Source: Hydrurus foetidus (Eukaryota). Taken from it: a stretch of 36,896 bases of DNA. The stretch spans positions 1 through 36,896 of the forward strand of contig UYFQ01000755.1 of NCBI GenBank assembly GCA_900617105.1. Direction: 5' to 3'. Shown here piece by piece: positions 23,901 through 33,828 of the stretch. Position numbers and translations under genes: made by a program. Every line of letters begins with the position of its first letter. Position 1 is the first letter of the stretch. The notes under the pieces are model-generated. The model made no database searches. It was not told the origin of the DNA and was given only the letters and a program-made list of their open reading frames with translations.

Positions 23901-24895
23901 AAGGTCTGATGATGTCTCTGACAAGGCATTGTTATGAAAGTGCTGTCTTGCCAGTGTGTGGTGCTAATTCGATCACATAAGGTCTGATGATGTCTCTGAC
24001 AAGGCATTGTTATGAAAGTGCTGTCTTGCCAGTGTGTGGTGCTAATTAGATCACATAAGGTCTGATGATGTCTCTGACAAGGCATTGTTATGAAAGTGCT
24101 GTCTTGCCAGTGTGTGGTGCTAATTCGATCACATAAGGTCTGATGATGTCTCTGACAAGGCATTGTTATGAAAGTGCTGTCTTGCCAGTGTGTGGTGCTA
24201 ATTAGATCACATAAGGTCTGATGATGTCTCTGACAAGGCATTGTTATGAAAGTGCTGTCTTGCCAGTGTGTGGTGCTAATTAGATCACATAAGGTCTGAT
24301 GATGTCTCTGACAAGGCATTGTTATGAAAGTGCTGTCTTGCCAGTGTGTGGTGCTAATTCGATCACATAAGGTCTGATGATGTCTCTGACAAGGCATTGT
24401 TATGAAAGTGCTGTCTTGCCAGTGTGTGGTGCTAATTAGATCACATAAGGTCTGATGATGTCTCTGACAAGGCATTGTTATGAAAGTGCTGTCTTGCCAG
24501 TGTGTGGTGCTAATTCGATCACATAAGGTCTGATGATGTCTCTGACAAGGCATTGTTATGAAAGTGCTGTCTTGCCAGTGTGTGGTGCTAATTCGATCAC
24601 ATAAGGTCTGATGATGTCTCTGACAAGGCATTGTTATGAAAGTGCTGTCTTGCCAGTGTGTGGTGCTAATTAGATCACATAAGGTCTGATGATGTCTCTG
24701 ACAAGGCATTGTTATGAAAGTGCTGTCTTGCCAGTGTGTGGTGCTAATTCGATCACATAAGGTCTGATGATGTCTCTGACAAGGCATTGTTATGAAAGTG
24801 CTGTCTTGCCAGTGTGTGGTGCTAATTCGATCACATAAGGTCTGATGATGTCTCTGACAAGGCATTGTTATGAAAGTGCTGTCTTGCCAGTGTGT
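8909..24895. repeat. Tandem array (satellite) of a 78-bp unit, ~205 copies, with one A/C polymorphic site
   Basis: Unit GCTAATT(A/C)GATCACATAAGGTCTGATGATGTCTCTGACAAGGCATTGTTATGAAAGTGCTGTCTTGCCAGTGTGTGGT. Length 15987 bp = 205 x 78 - 3. No spacers and no indels seen. Confidence 0.99.
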
Positions 24896-24990
24896 TTTTC
24901 TATCACAGTTTTTCTTGTCTGAACAACGAAGCATCTAAGAGACTGATCAGTTCTAATTTTTTTTTTTGCCGACTTCTTACAAACCGAAAA

Positions 24991-25019
24991 GCCTTTACGA
25001 GGCGTGTGCTCTTAGCTAG
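24991..25019 (+). mobile_element. Putative Helitron 3' terminus
   Basis: Short GC-ended hairpin GCCTTTACGAGGC (24991-25003), 12 nt, then CTAG (25016-25019) followed by T. This fits the hairpin + CTRR|T rule; the 5' TC end was not identified. Confidence 0.45.
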
Positions 25020-25214
25020 TACGGATTTCTTCAGTGCAACAACTGATGATATGAATCAATAAAAAATTAAAAGGACACCAAAGGATCTTTCTTCTGTGAG
25101 TCCAACACGTCATGATAATTGTATCATGCATAATCTATGCTCATGGCATGATGCATGTGTGATATAGTTCGGACACATGAAAAATGAAAGATGTTATAGC
25201 TGTAACGATTTAAA

Positions 25215-25892
25215 TCAGAGTCCTTTCTTTCGAAAATCATTTTGATGGTCAGCTTCTTCCGATGGATCAAAAAATCCGAAGTCTCCGCTATATTCACTGT
25301 ATTGTGATTTGTGGGTGCTGCCGTTTGATGGAGTGCACAAAATATCTTTCCGAACTATGAATAGTCTCTTCAATCTTGTTTCCTTGACTTCCGCTCCCAT
25401 CGCCGGTTTCTGAATTACTATCATTTTTCCGCACATCCAAGTGGACTTTTTCAGATTTCGCCCAGAGTGATGAAGAATTCTATTTATTTCTGATGTTCGT
25501 AAAACGACCGGAGCGAAGTTGTCGTCAGTTTTGTTCTCCAGAAGAATTTGCGCTTGTTTCGATAGAAAATAGATGTTCGATGCTCCCGTGGGGACACTTT
25601 TTCTTAAAACATTCAAAGCACCGAGATACTCATTCAGCACAAGATCGTTGAGGCTTGAGCACATACGTGCTAAACTGATTATTTCTCTGAGGTTTTTGAT
25701 GATGCTGTCTGTTATTTGGTCACTAATATCATTATCGCCACTCTCCTGCCTCGACTCAATTGATATTTGCACGAGTGTTCTAAGCGATCTGCACTGACTA
25801 ATGATACCATCACAAATTAACTTTTCGTGGTCGAGGATGCCTTGATGATTCTGCACCTTCATTGATCTTGATATCAATATACAACATCCCAT
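25215..25892 (-). CDS. Hypothetical 225-aa ORF, no recognisable domain
   Basis: Length only. Open frames upstream (to ~26070) suggest a frameshifted or spliced longer gene. Confidence 0.3.
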   Translation of the reverse strand: MGCCILISRSMKVQNHQGILDHEKLICDGIISQCRSLRTLVQISIESRQESGDNDISDQITDSIIKNLREIISLARMCSSLNDLVLNEYLGALNVLRKSVPTGASNIYFLSKQAQILLENKTDDNFAPVVLRTSEINRILHHSGRNLKKSTWMCGKMIVIQKPAMGAEVKETRLKRLFIVRKDILCTPSNGSTHKSQYSEYSGDFGFFDPSEEADHQNDFRKKGL

Positions 25893-26168
25893 CTCAGAAG
25901 ACCCTCATCCAGGTGACGTCTGAAAACGCTCCCGCGAAGAATCGTGGCCAACCAGATGCGCAGATTCTATTAATCTCGGTTCATGGTTTGTGTCACCATA
26001 TGGTAAGATAGCATTGGTTTTCGAAGGCTTTATTTGATGTGTTGAACATTGTCTTGTGGAGGGCATAGTGGTGATGTTATCTCCTGGCAGGTGTGTAATG
26101 AAAATTTTACGATGACGTGAACATCTGAAGGGAACATCATATTGAAGTTCTTGGTCTTTCGTCTCTAG

Positions 26169-26457
26169 TGTTGGAAAACCGAGTAACTCCCAGGTTGCAC
26201 AGGTAGTCCGAGCTGTTACCGATTCTCTCCAAGACTCGTAAAATAGAATTGTTGATTGCTATTCACTAGTCAATTAAGCTTGTGAACTCCATCCCTATTT
26301 GGCCAGTTCTAGAAGCTTGCATTACACACTCCAAAAATTTTAGACTAAACAATTTGTATGGTTCTGACTAACTCATACGTACTTACGCCGCTGATCGCAA
26401 CGTAAGTACTCATACATACACTAACTGAATCTCACCCTAGTTCCATATTATCCAACA
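26169..26457 (-). repeat. 3' LTR of the Copia element (289 bp)
   Basis: Bounded by TGTTGGA (26169) and TCCAACA (26457); lies ~70 nt after the pol stop and directly after a purine-rich tract. No second LTR in the window to confirm it. Confidence 0.8.
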
Positions 26458-26466
26458 CACCCCTAA
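26458..26466 (-). other. Polypurine tract (TTAGGGGTG on the minus strand)
   Basis: Immediately precedes the TGTTGG start of the 3' LTR. Confidence 0.7.
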
Positions 26467-26527
26467 GGTGGATATCAGTTAGTGCGCAGGCAATGACACA
26501 CGCAGACTCAGAAGACTACAAGGCAAA

Positions 26528-28274
26528 CTAAGCTATGGTCTTTGGAACTCCTTCATGATGTTGCCACCCAGTGAGACACTCTCTCTCATATTGGAACTGT
26601 GCACCCTGCAGCGGCTTCGTAAGTACGTTTGCGTACATCTCCTTGGTACCCTTGTGCTCGATCACTAGCTCGCTATTATCCACGCGCTCCTTCATCGAAA
26701 AGTACCGGATAGAAATGTGCCGTGCGCGCTCTGCACCGGACCGTCCTCGCTCGAGAAGTGCCATGCATGACAAGTTGTCCTGGTACACGATGATGGGCTT
26801 CAGCTTGTATCCCTGCAGGGAGAGAAAATCTTGAATGTGGATGGCCTGGTTGGCTGAATAGGACTCAGTGCTCGACTTCGTAACTATCTGCTGCTTGGTG
26901 GATCGGCAGTGCACCGACCCGACATCTCCAACAACGACGCAACTGCCAGTGTGGGACCGTCCGTCAGTATGAACTCCATACGAAGCGTCCACGAATAGTC
27001 GGACTTGCACCCCCATTCCCCCCGGTCGCAGCACAAGTCCCATTTCTCTCGTCCCCCTGATGTCCCGCATAAGCCGCACCAGCTTCGCCACATCGTCTGT
27101 GTCGCACTTCGTCACCCTAGTTGCGAGATAAGATACAGCCGTCAGACAGTCGGGGCGCGCTCGCTTTGACAGATACAGTAGCATTGCTACAATCTTGTGG
27201 AACCACTGCCTGACCAACTCTGGTACAATGTCCGCATCGTCTCTCACAGTGAATAGCCAGTCAGTAGCAGGCGTTTTGGACACACCCAGTATACCCGCTG
27301 CTGCTAGCACATCATCCACGTATCCGCTCATGGTCACCCGTGCCTCACCTGCGAATGATAAATCTAAAACCATTCCGAAGTAGTTTAAAGTGGGTCCCTG
27401 GGTCACGGTAATTTCTCCATACCTAGTGCGAAGTCCCTCAGTTAGCTCGGCGATCATTGCTTTGCTCTTACTCATGATAAGAAGATCATCAACGTGGACG
27501 GTTATTGTGCACTGCACCCCATTCTTATTCAGTCTGTTGAACACACAGATGTCCCTGTCGTTTCTCGTATAGCCCAGAGACTTCATAGTGGCGTGCAAGT
27601 TGTCATACCAGAGAGCCGCGCTCTCGACACACCCATATAGCGCCTTTTTCAGAAGTACCACGACACGCCCCTTGCTATCTGCGTAGGATTCGTATGTTTT
27701 GTCGAGAGAGGAGAGCATACCTGACATGGTCTTGTCCAGGCGCATGTAGACGTTGACGCCTGTTGTCATATCTACATTAAGAAATGCTCCTCCATTGTCT
27801 ACCACCGCAGCATGTCGGTTCTCGTGCGCGGTCACTGCGAGCATCGTGAACGCTGAGCTCGTTGAAACTGTTGGGCTCGACAAATCGTCGTACAAATTCT
27901 TGTTCTGCTGATCTCCGCCCGCCACTAGGCGTGCTTTGTATTTCTCAAATTTCCCATTTGGGTAGTTCTTCTTCTTCAGGAACATCGACGACCGAATGAT
28001 TGATGACATTTCGCTGGAGCTCAGCTTGGACGGCTGTACTGGTACCCACACTTTCTTGTCTAACATCTGCTGGAGTTCTTTCTCGATAACTCTCTTCGCC
28101 TCGGCACCGTTTGTGCTCAACGCTTGTCGCACGCTAACATTACTCGTGTTGCTGACTATTCCACTATCTCGTTTCTTCTCTAGCATCTCCACTATCGATT
28201 GGATCGCGGATGTAGTTAATTTCACAGCTGTTGACTCGGTCACTAACGCTGCTCCGGTGTCGGGCTCAGGTACT
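26528..28274 (-). pseudogene. pol: Copia pol: reverse transcriptase + RNase H
   Basis: Motifs KYKARLVAGG, SPTV, GAFLN, LKKALYGC, HVDDLL, FVDAS, YQDN, RHISIRY, ANVLTKPL. KSSTESYSANQ looks like an in-frame deletion in the usual STEAEL motif. Confidence 0.93.
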
Positions 28275-28476
28275 GGAAGGCTCCCAAAAATGGAGTATCC
28301 GGTCGGATTATCCGGCGTTTAATACGGTTGATAATCCGGTGCATTATACGGTGGATACTACCGGTAGTAAATTTGCCGAGACCAAAATATGTTCTCGGCA
28401 AATAACTTCGGAGGTAGCAAATAGTTTCCCAAGAAGCATCTTTTTAACGCATGACACATATTCAGCCGATTCTGTC

Positions 28477-30298
28477 ATGCGAGCGACGTCTGGTAGAGGG
28501 AAAACTTACTCCACGAGTAATGTTGACTATCTGCTAGACCTGATAGAGGAGTTGCTGCCGTGCGGTATTGATGAGTGGACTGAGGTGGCGTCCCGCTTCA
28601 ACCTCCATTTTGGAAATGGAGAGAGCAGAAGTGGTGACGATCTTAGGAACAAATTCAAGGTCTTCTTCATAACTGGATCTTGATATGCGATAAAAAAAGA
28701 ACAACTCCAATAATTGATGTTGTCTTGACCAGGCTTTGAAAGGCCACAAAAAGCCAACGGGTGATCCAACATGCCCACCACATGTTGTCCGGGCAAAACG
28801 TATCCAGAGAGATATGGAATCGCGGATGGCTGTGCAGACTCTTGGGGAGAGTGATGAGGAAGAGATAGCTGTAGAAATATTTGAGGAAGCTTTGGATTAC
28901 AGTGGATGGGAATACAGGGAAAATGAAGATCGCGATTCCGATGAGCCCTCCAATTTGAGCAGTAATAGAAATGCCGATAATATAAATAACGAATCTGATG
29001 AAGCCCTTAATTTGAGCAGAATCACATCTACTGTGGAAGAATCACCTGACCTGTCCAATGTTGAATTAGGTTAGCAATATCTAGATATTTCTCGCCCCTC
29101 TGTACTTTAATGTTGTCACCACACTTGCATCTTTACAGCACGCTTTTTGTCTATGTTTACTATTTCATCTCAGCTAGTTTAGATCATCTTTCAAACAATA
29201 CCGTAACTTCTTCAGTACTCGTAGAAAAAATTCCTCAAAAAATGCAGTTCACTGTCATCATCCTCTATCAACAACATTAGTACTTACTCGACGCCCCACT
29301 ACTCCTATTTTTAAACTCATGAAAGTCAACTATGTCGACTACAATTATTCGTGCCAGACACAATATTTCAACTACTTTTGTACTAATTTACCCCGCTTTT
29401 TCCACTACTTTTATACTGATTTACCCCGCTATTTCCACTACTTTTATACTGATTTACCCCACTATTTCCACTACTTTTATACTTATTTACCCCGCTATTT
29501 CCACTACTTTTATACTAATTTACCCCACTATTTCCACTACTTTTATACTAATTTACCCCACTATTTCCACTACTTTTATACTAATTTACCCCACTATTTC
29601 CACTACTTTTATACTACTTTACCCCACTCACTCACTCACTCACTCACATACACATCTCCTCGCATACTACTTCACTCACTTACTCACCCACACACTCTCT
29701 CACGGACGCACACACTCTCTCACTCATTCATTTAATGCAATTAATGTGTTAAGTGTCAAGGACCTCAAGCTATCAATCACCGACGACGCCAACATCCAAT
29801 GCATCAAGAACTCTCACAACCATGCGAACAGGGCTAACAGAGACGCAACTGAGGGAAATGTCAACATCAATCCAGCAAAATACTACTCCGATTCATAGTG
29901 AAATTGTAAATAAACGGCGACGACTAGACAGCGTCATAGATAGAAACAATGATTTCCTCTCTCGTCAAGGCGGCGATGACAGTGCCAGTAGTACATCCTT
30001 CATAAATATGATGATAATGCAATCGAATCAAAGAGATATTCGCGCTGAGGAATGGCGACGTGAAGATGTTGCCAGGGAGATTCGTCGCCAGGCAGACATG
30101 GACAGGAAAGAAGATGCCGACAACAAAAAGGAGGAGACCAGAATCCGATCCCAAGTTGAAAAGGAGGAACAAAGACAGAAAGATAAAGAAATTCGGGACG
30201 ACATCAGACGCAAAGACGATCTCGATCGAGAAGAAAGAAGGGAAAAGGCCGACAAAGAAAGATCAGATATAATGTTGATGTTTTTAAGTAAAAAGTAA
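28477..30298 (+). CDS. Accessory gene, DUF6818-like Myb/SANT-type protein with charged coiled-coil C-terminus, spliced
   Basis: Exon 28477-28659 and GT-AG intron 28660-28732 join LRNKFK|ALKGHKKPTGDPTCPPHVVRAKRI. Exon 2 ends at 29069 and is phase-compatible with a last exon 29754-30298. The middle structure is uncertain. Confidence 0.75.
29364..29627. repeat. 33-bp minisatellite, 8 copies
   Basis: Unit TATTTCCACTACTTTTATACTAATTTACCCCAC with few substitutions. Confidence 0.95.
29628..29731. repeat. (TCAC)n/(CA)n/(CT)n low-complexity tract
   Basis: TCACTCACTCAC... directly follows the minisatellite. Confidence 0.85.
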
Positions 30299-30458
30299 GT
30301 TACTAATTGTTCACATGATAAAGAGACACTAGCGAGCTGCATACGAATATTCAAAATGGCTAATATTGCGTATAAAATGAATACGAAATGAAACGAAATG
30401 CATCGATTAAATTTACCAACATTCATGAATAGTTAACGACACATAAATACTAAATCGA

Positions 30459-31592
30459 TTAAGCATTGAAATAAGTTTTTATTTGACTTATACCAGTAGT
30501 GCGCACTCGGTAATTGTGGAGCTTATGAAGTATCGTCAGTAGTTGACCTCGCTTATCCTTGTCATGAGAAAGTCTCTTGTACAAAACTCTATACACTTTG
30601 CATACAGAAGCCATTCCCCACTCCGCAGCCTGACGCATGGATGTTATCGATGCGGACAGACGCACGAGGGCAGGTCTTGCCAATCGATGAGATCGTTCTA
30701 AATCTCCGGTTTTTAAAGGTGTCATGATACGACCGAACATGTCACCTGACACCGGGAAAGCTGAGTCAGAGAGTACTCCATGGCCTGGTACATTTTTCTT
30801 GTCGTCAGCCAATTTCTCTCTAAATTCCCGGCTAATGTCGCTATCATTCCAACTACCAAAAAAATTTAGCTTCGCCCAAACTACAAGTCCGTCAGCTGAA
30901 AAGCAAACAGTACCAGTGACAAATACAGCATGTAACCAACCATTGAACATACCGTTCTGAACATAACAATCGCTTGGCTCCTGCACTCCGTAATTTTTCC
31001 CGTCTATGAAACCCCAACGTCCCTTTATCAGGGGTTCTTTTGCTTCCACAGCTAATCCCATTCTTATCTGATCATCTAGAGATGGCCACTCAACTCGTGC
31101 CTCAGGCATGGAGTTTAATGTGGAAAGAAGAGCAATCTCAGCCTTCACCAAGGTACGGGATAATGTCGCAGGAGAAATGCCGAACATCTCTGACCACGTT
31201 TTATTTTCAGCGGGTGAACAGTAAGTATGTAAAAGCAAGGAAAGGACGCAGTGATGATCCTTTACTCGCGGTGGTCTTCCTTTCATCCCCGGTCCAGAAT
31301 GGAACACATAGAATAGCTTAAAGCTTGACAGAAGACGCTCAAAACTATCTCGCGTCAAGGAAATTGCAGATACAAAATCCGAGTCACTTCCGTTTCGATA
31401 CATAACATACCATGGTGCTTGCACAACACACTGTAACAGAGCATCTGAATGCAGAGAATGTCTAGATTTTATTGTCATCCGTAGCTTCAACAATCTGGCG
31501 TAATTTATCATTCGTTCTGCCTGAAATTTTGCACGACTTTTCTTCACCTTCAGTCGGAGAAAATAATTAGCGAGCAGGCACTGCTCGAGCAT
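30459..31592 (-). CDS. DDE_Tnp_4-family transposase, intact 377 aa
   Basis: HTH-like WSEMFGISPATLSR; motifs WGFIDG, NGW, GSWNDS, VLSDSAFP, RQAAEWGM, KLHNYRVR. Confidence 0.92.
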   Translation of the reverse strand: MLEQCLLANYFLRLKVKKSRAKFQAERMINYARLLKLRMTIKSRHSLHSDALLQCVVQAPWYVMYRNGSDSDFVSAISLTRDSFERLLSSFKLFYVFHSGPGMKGRPPRVKDHHCVLSLLLHTYCSPAENKTWSEMFGISPATLSRTLVKAEIALLSTLNSMPEARVEWPSLDDQIRMGLAVEAKEPLIKGRWGFIDGKNYGVQEPSDCYVQNGMFNGWLHAVFVTGTVCFSADGLVVWAKLNFFGSWNDSDISREFREKLADDKKNVPGHGVLSDSAFPVSGDMFGRIMTPLKTGDLERSHRLARPALVRLSASITSMRQAAEWGMASVCKVYRVLYKRLSHDKDKRGQLLTILHKLHNYRVRTTGISQIKTYFNA

Positions 31593-31813
31593 TGGAAAAT
31601 CTAGCGTCCGCTATGCTGTAGAGTCCTCGTATATGAACTATTGTATGTATGGGTGCATCTTGTAGCTTTCACATTTAGTTTTCATGCACACTTCATTTCT
31701 GGTGGAGGTGATGGTAGTAAACATGAAAAGTATCCACCGTATAATGCACCGGATTATCCACCGTATTAAACGCCGGATAATCCGACCGGATACTCCATTT
31801 TTGGGAGCCTTCC

Positions 31814-33810
31814 ACTGGAGGTATGATTCCCCCGTGGAATACTGACGGCGGGTTAGGGGGTTCGGTCATTACGGGTTGGGTGCTTTCTGCGTTTTCTGCC
31901 GCTGCACGATCCTCGGAGCCTAGATCAGATCGTAGGACTCCCTCCTCGGCTGTGGAAATTGTGCCGGCGAGTCTATAGTCTTCAGATGGATTGTCGTCTG
32001 AGAGACCTGACGGCGCAGCCGAAGGGATCAGGGACGGTATGGAAGGTAGAGTTACCTCTTGACGCGCCACCTGATTGAGATTTCGTTGGAAAAACGTAGG
32101 CATGTTAGAAGAGTTGACGCTATACATGTATTGCATGTCGGTAAACACATCAGATTGTCGTTTAAGACTACGTCCCTCTGCTGATGCCACCGCGTTGAGT
32201 GTGCGTGTGACTGACTCCGGCATAGGTTGGATCTTGAAATTGTCACGTGACATGATCTTCATAGTAGCCAGGTTGAGCATTTTGACTGACTTGGACCGAT
32301 TTCCAACAGGGAACATGACGATACCTTCCTCTACTCTTGATTCCATCGTGTTGTTCGTGGTCGGTTTGGTGCAAACGGCATAGTCTCAAAAGGCCGCCCT
32401 GAAATCACGATTACCATCAGCCCTTTGTCCGGTGAAGACTTCCCTAGGGCTAGACCCTCCTGGCCTTGACCCTGAGGGTTGGTTATTAATACGTGATACG
32501 CAGTATAAGATGAGCATCGACAATCCCAGGAAGCTGAGTGTGAAAGGGAGTCGCCCACAGATGTGCGCCCTTACACGCTCTTTCATCATCTGGATACGAC
32601 GTTCAATACGTGCAACATGCCCTCCTGCTCCAGTGATATCAACCTCAATGCCAAGCATCTGCAGCTGAATTTTCAGCTTTCCAATTGCTCCTTCCCCGTC
32701 GCTCATAATCATCTGCACAACGAAGTTTCGCGACGCTAGTGCCGAGATCATTTGAACTAGTGCTTCCTTCACGACAGTAGCTGCTCTGCTCGGTTTCATG
32801 AGGTCCACATCAATGAGACTTGAGGCCAATGTCAGGTCAAGTGGAGTCGCCACTCCGACCAATGAGTAAGTTTTCTCGATGAACATGATGTCTATTGCTA
32901 GGACCTGCTGCTGTTGGACTGCTGTTGGAACGATCGTGATGTCGGCGGGCCGTACCGGGTATCGGTGAGTTTTGCCTGCCGCTGTCGCCATGCATTTCCC
33001 CCAGATTGCATGCGCCACCTTGAAATCATATTCGCTAACATCGAAGTTGTTTCCTGTGCGAAGCATTGCTATCGCGTTATCGACGGACGGATACCCCATT
33101 CTTGCAAGGATATCCCTCGCTTTTCGAGCTGACTCGACTTCTCGTTTGGTAAATTGTCTCATGTTCTCCAACACCGTAGAGACGAGCACATGCTCTTTTT
33201 GGCTTCCTATGTCGCAGACGTAGAAAAGGCCTTCGCTCCCAGCGATGGGAAGTCTCTTGAAAGTGTAAGTCCTTTTGCTTGATGGCCACTTCAATGTAAA
33301 GCATTCTGCAATCCCGTCGTATTTGATCAAAGCTCCTCTGTCGATCATCGCAGCAAACGAAAGTATATTCGCGTTGGCCAGTTTGCTGAAGTAGACTTCT
33401 CCAAGCTCATTGAATGTTCCAACTTTTGTAACCTTGACTCCAGTGGCGCCTGCCTGAACACCGCTGAGCAGAATTCCCGTTGCCGACTCTCGAATGTTCG
33501 TGAGGAGTTCTGGGTTGTTGAATACATTAACAGATGCCTGATTATCAAGAAGTATATGACTCCTAGAGAAGAGGACTCTCTCATCTGTTGTCAGGTAAAC
33601 CACTTCCTCATCACTGTATTCTTCGTCGTCTTCATCACTTACTCGTAGTCGCTGTGAGGCTGCGACTATGAGTGCCGCCTCTGGTTATTTTCGATTCGGA
33701 CAGTCTTTGGCGAAGTGATTTTTTCCACACACGAAGCATGTGATTCCCACTGTCGATCTCGTTCTTGATTTCTTTACCTCTGGTGTCTTACCACCCTTTC
33801 CTTTCTCCGA
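31814..33810 (-). pseudogene. Copia gag C-terminus, protease and integrase, with two nonsense codons
   Basis: Zn knuckle CFVCGKNHFAKDC (~33700-33738); in-frame TAA 33687-33685; protease-like ILLDNQAS; integrase D-D-E (AIDIMF, MSDGEG, IERRI); in-frame TGA 32388-32386 in RAAF*DY, after which the frame continues. Confidence 0.9.
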
Positions 33811-33828
33811 GGAAAGGGTGGTAAGACA
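33784..33828. repeat. Perfect 19-bp inverted repeat with 7-nt loop at the Copia/PLE junction
   Basis: TGTCTTACCACCCTTTCCT-ttctccg-AGGAAAGGGTGGTAAGACA, followed by an A-run. Confidence 0.95.

Larger units (their letters stand above)
28275..31813 (-). mobile_element. PHIS-superfamily (PIF/Harbinger-related, Pangu-like) DNA transposon nested in Copia pol
   Basis: 85-bp TIRs (28275-28359; 31729-31813), 1 mismatch, starting GGAAGGCTCCC. TSD ACT (28272-28274; 31814-31816). Removing the element and one TSD restores the Copia frame (GIIPPV-PEPDTGAALVTESTAV). Confidence 0.95.
26169..33810 (-). mobile_element. Decayed Ty1/Copia LTR retrotransposon (5' part absent from the window), interrupted by a DNA transposon
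   Basis: Minus-strand order Zn knuckle - protease - integrase - RT - RNase H - PPT - LTR. Integrase before RT is the Copia arrangement. Confidence 0.93.

Noticed and set aside
8909..24895. CRISPR array
   Set aside because: Head-to-tail identical units with no unique spacers, no cas genes, and a eukaryotic context.
6932..25170. Giant TIR element bounded by CATGCATCATGC-like inverted motifs (~6945 and ~25150)
   Set aside because: The similarity is gapped and low-complexity (CATG-rich), a similar motif occurs at ~685, and no TSD was found.
29319..29898. ORFs with YFHYFYT and STTFILIYP repeats as separate genes
   Set aside because: Products of the 33-bp minisatellite and the TCAC tract.
28274..31814. 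TG...CA termini without a TSD for the nested transposon
   Set aside because: Excising at these bounds creates a frameshift and stop in Copia pol, whereas the ACT-TSD model restores the frame.
5284..33687. Alternative genetic code to explain in-frame stops
   Set aside because: The internal stops are of different types (TAA, TGA), and intact transposases terminate normally at TAG and TAA. Mutation decay is the simpler explanation.
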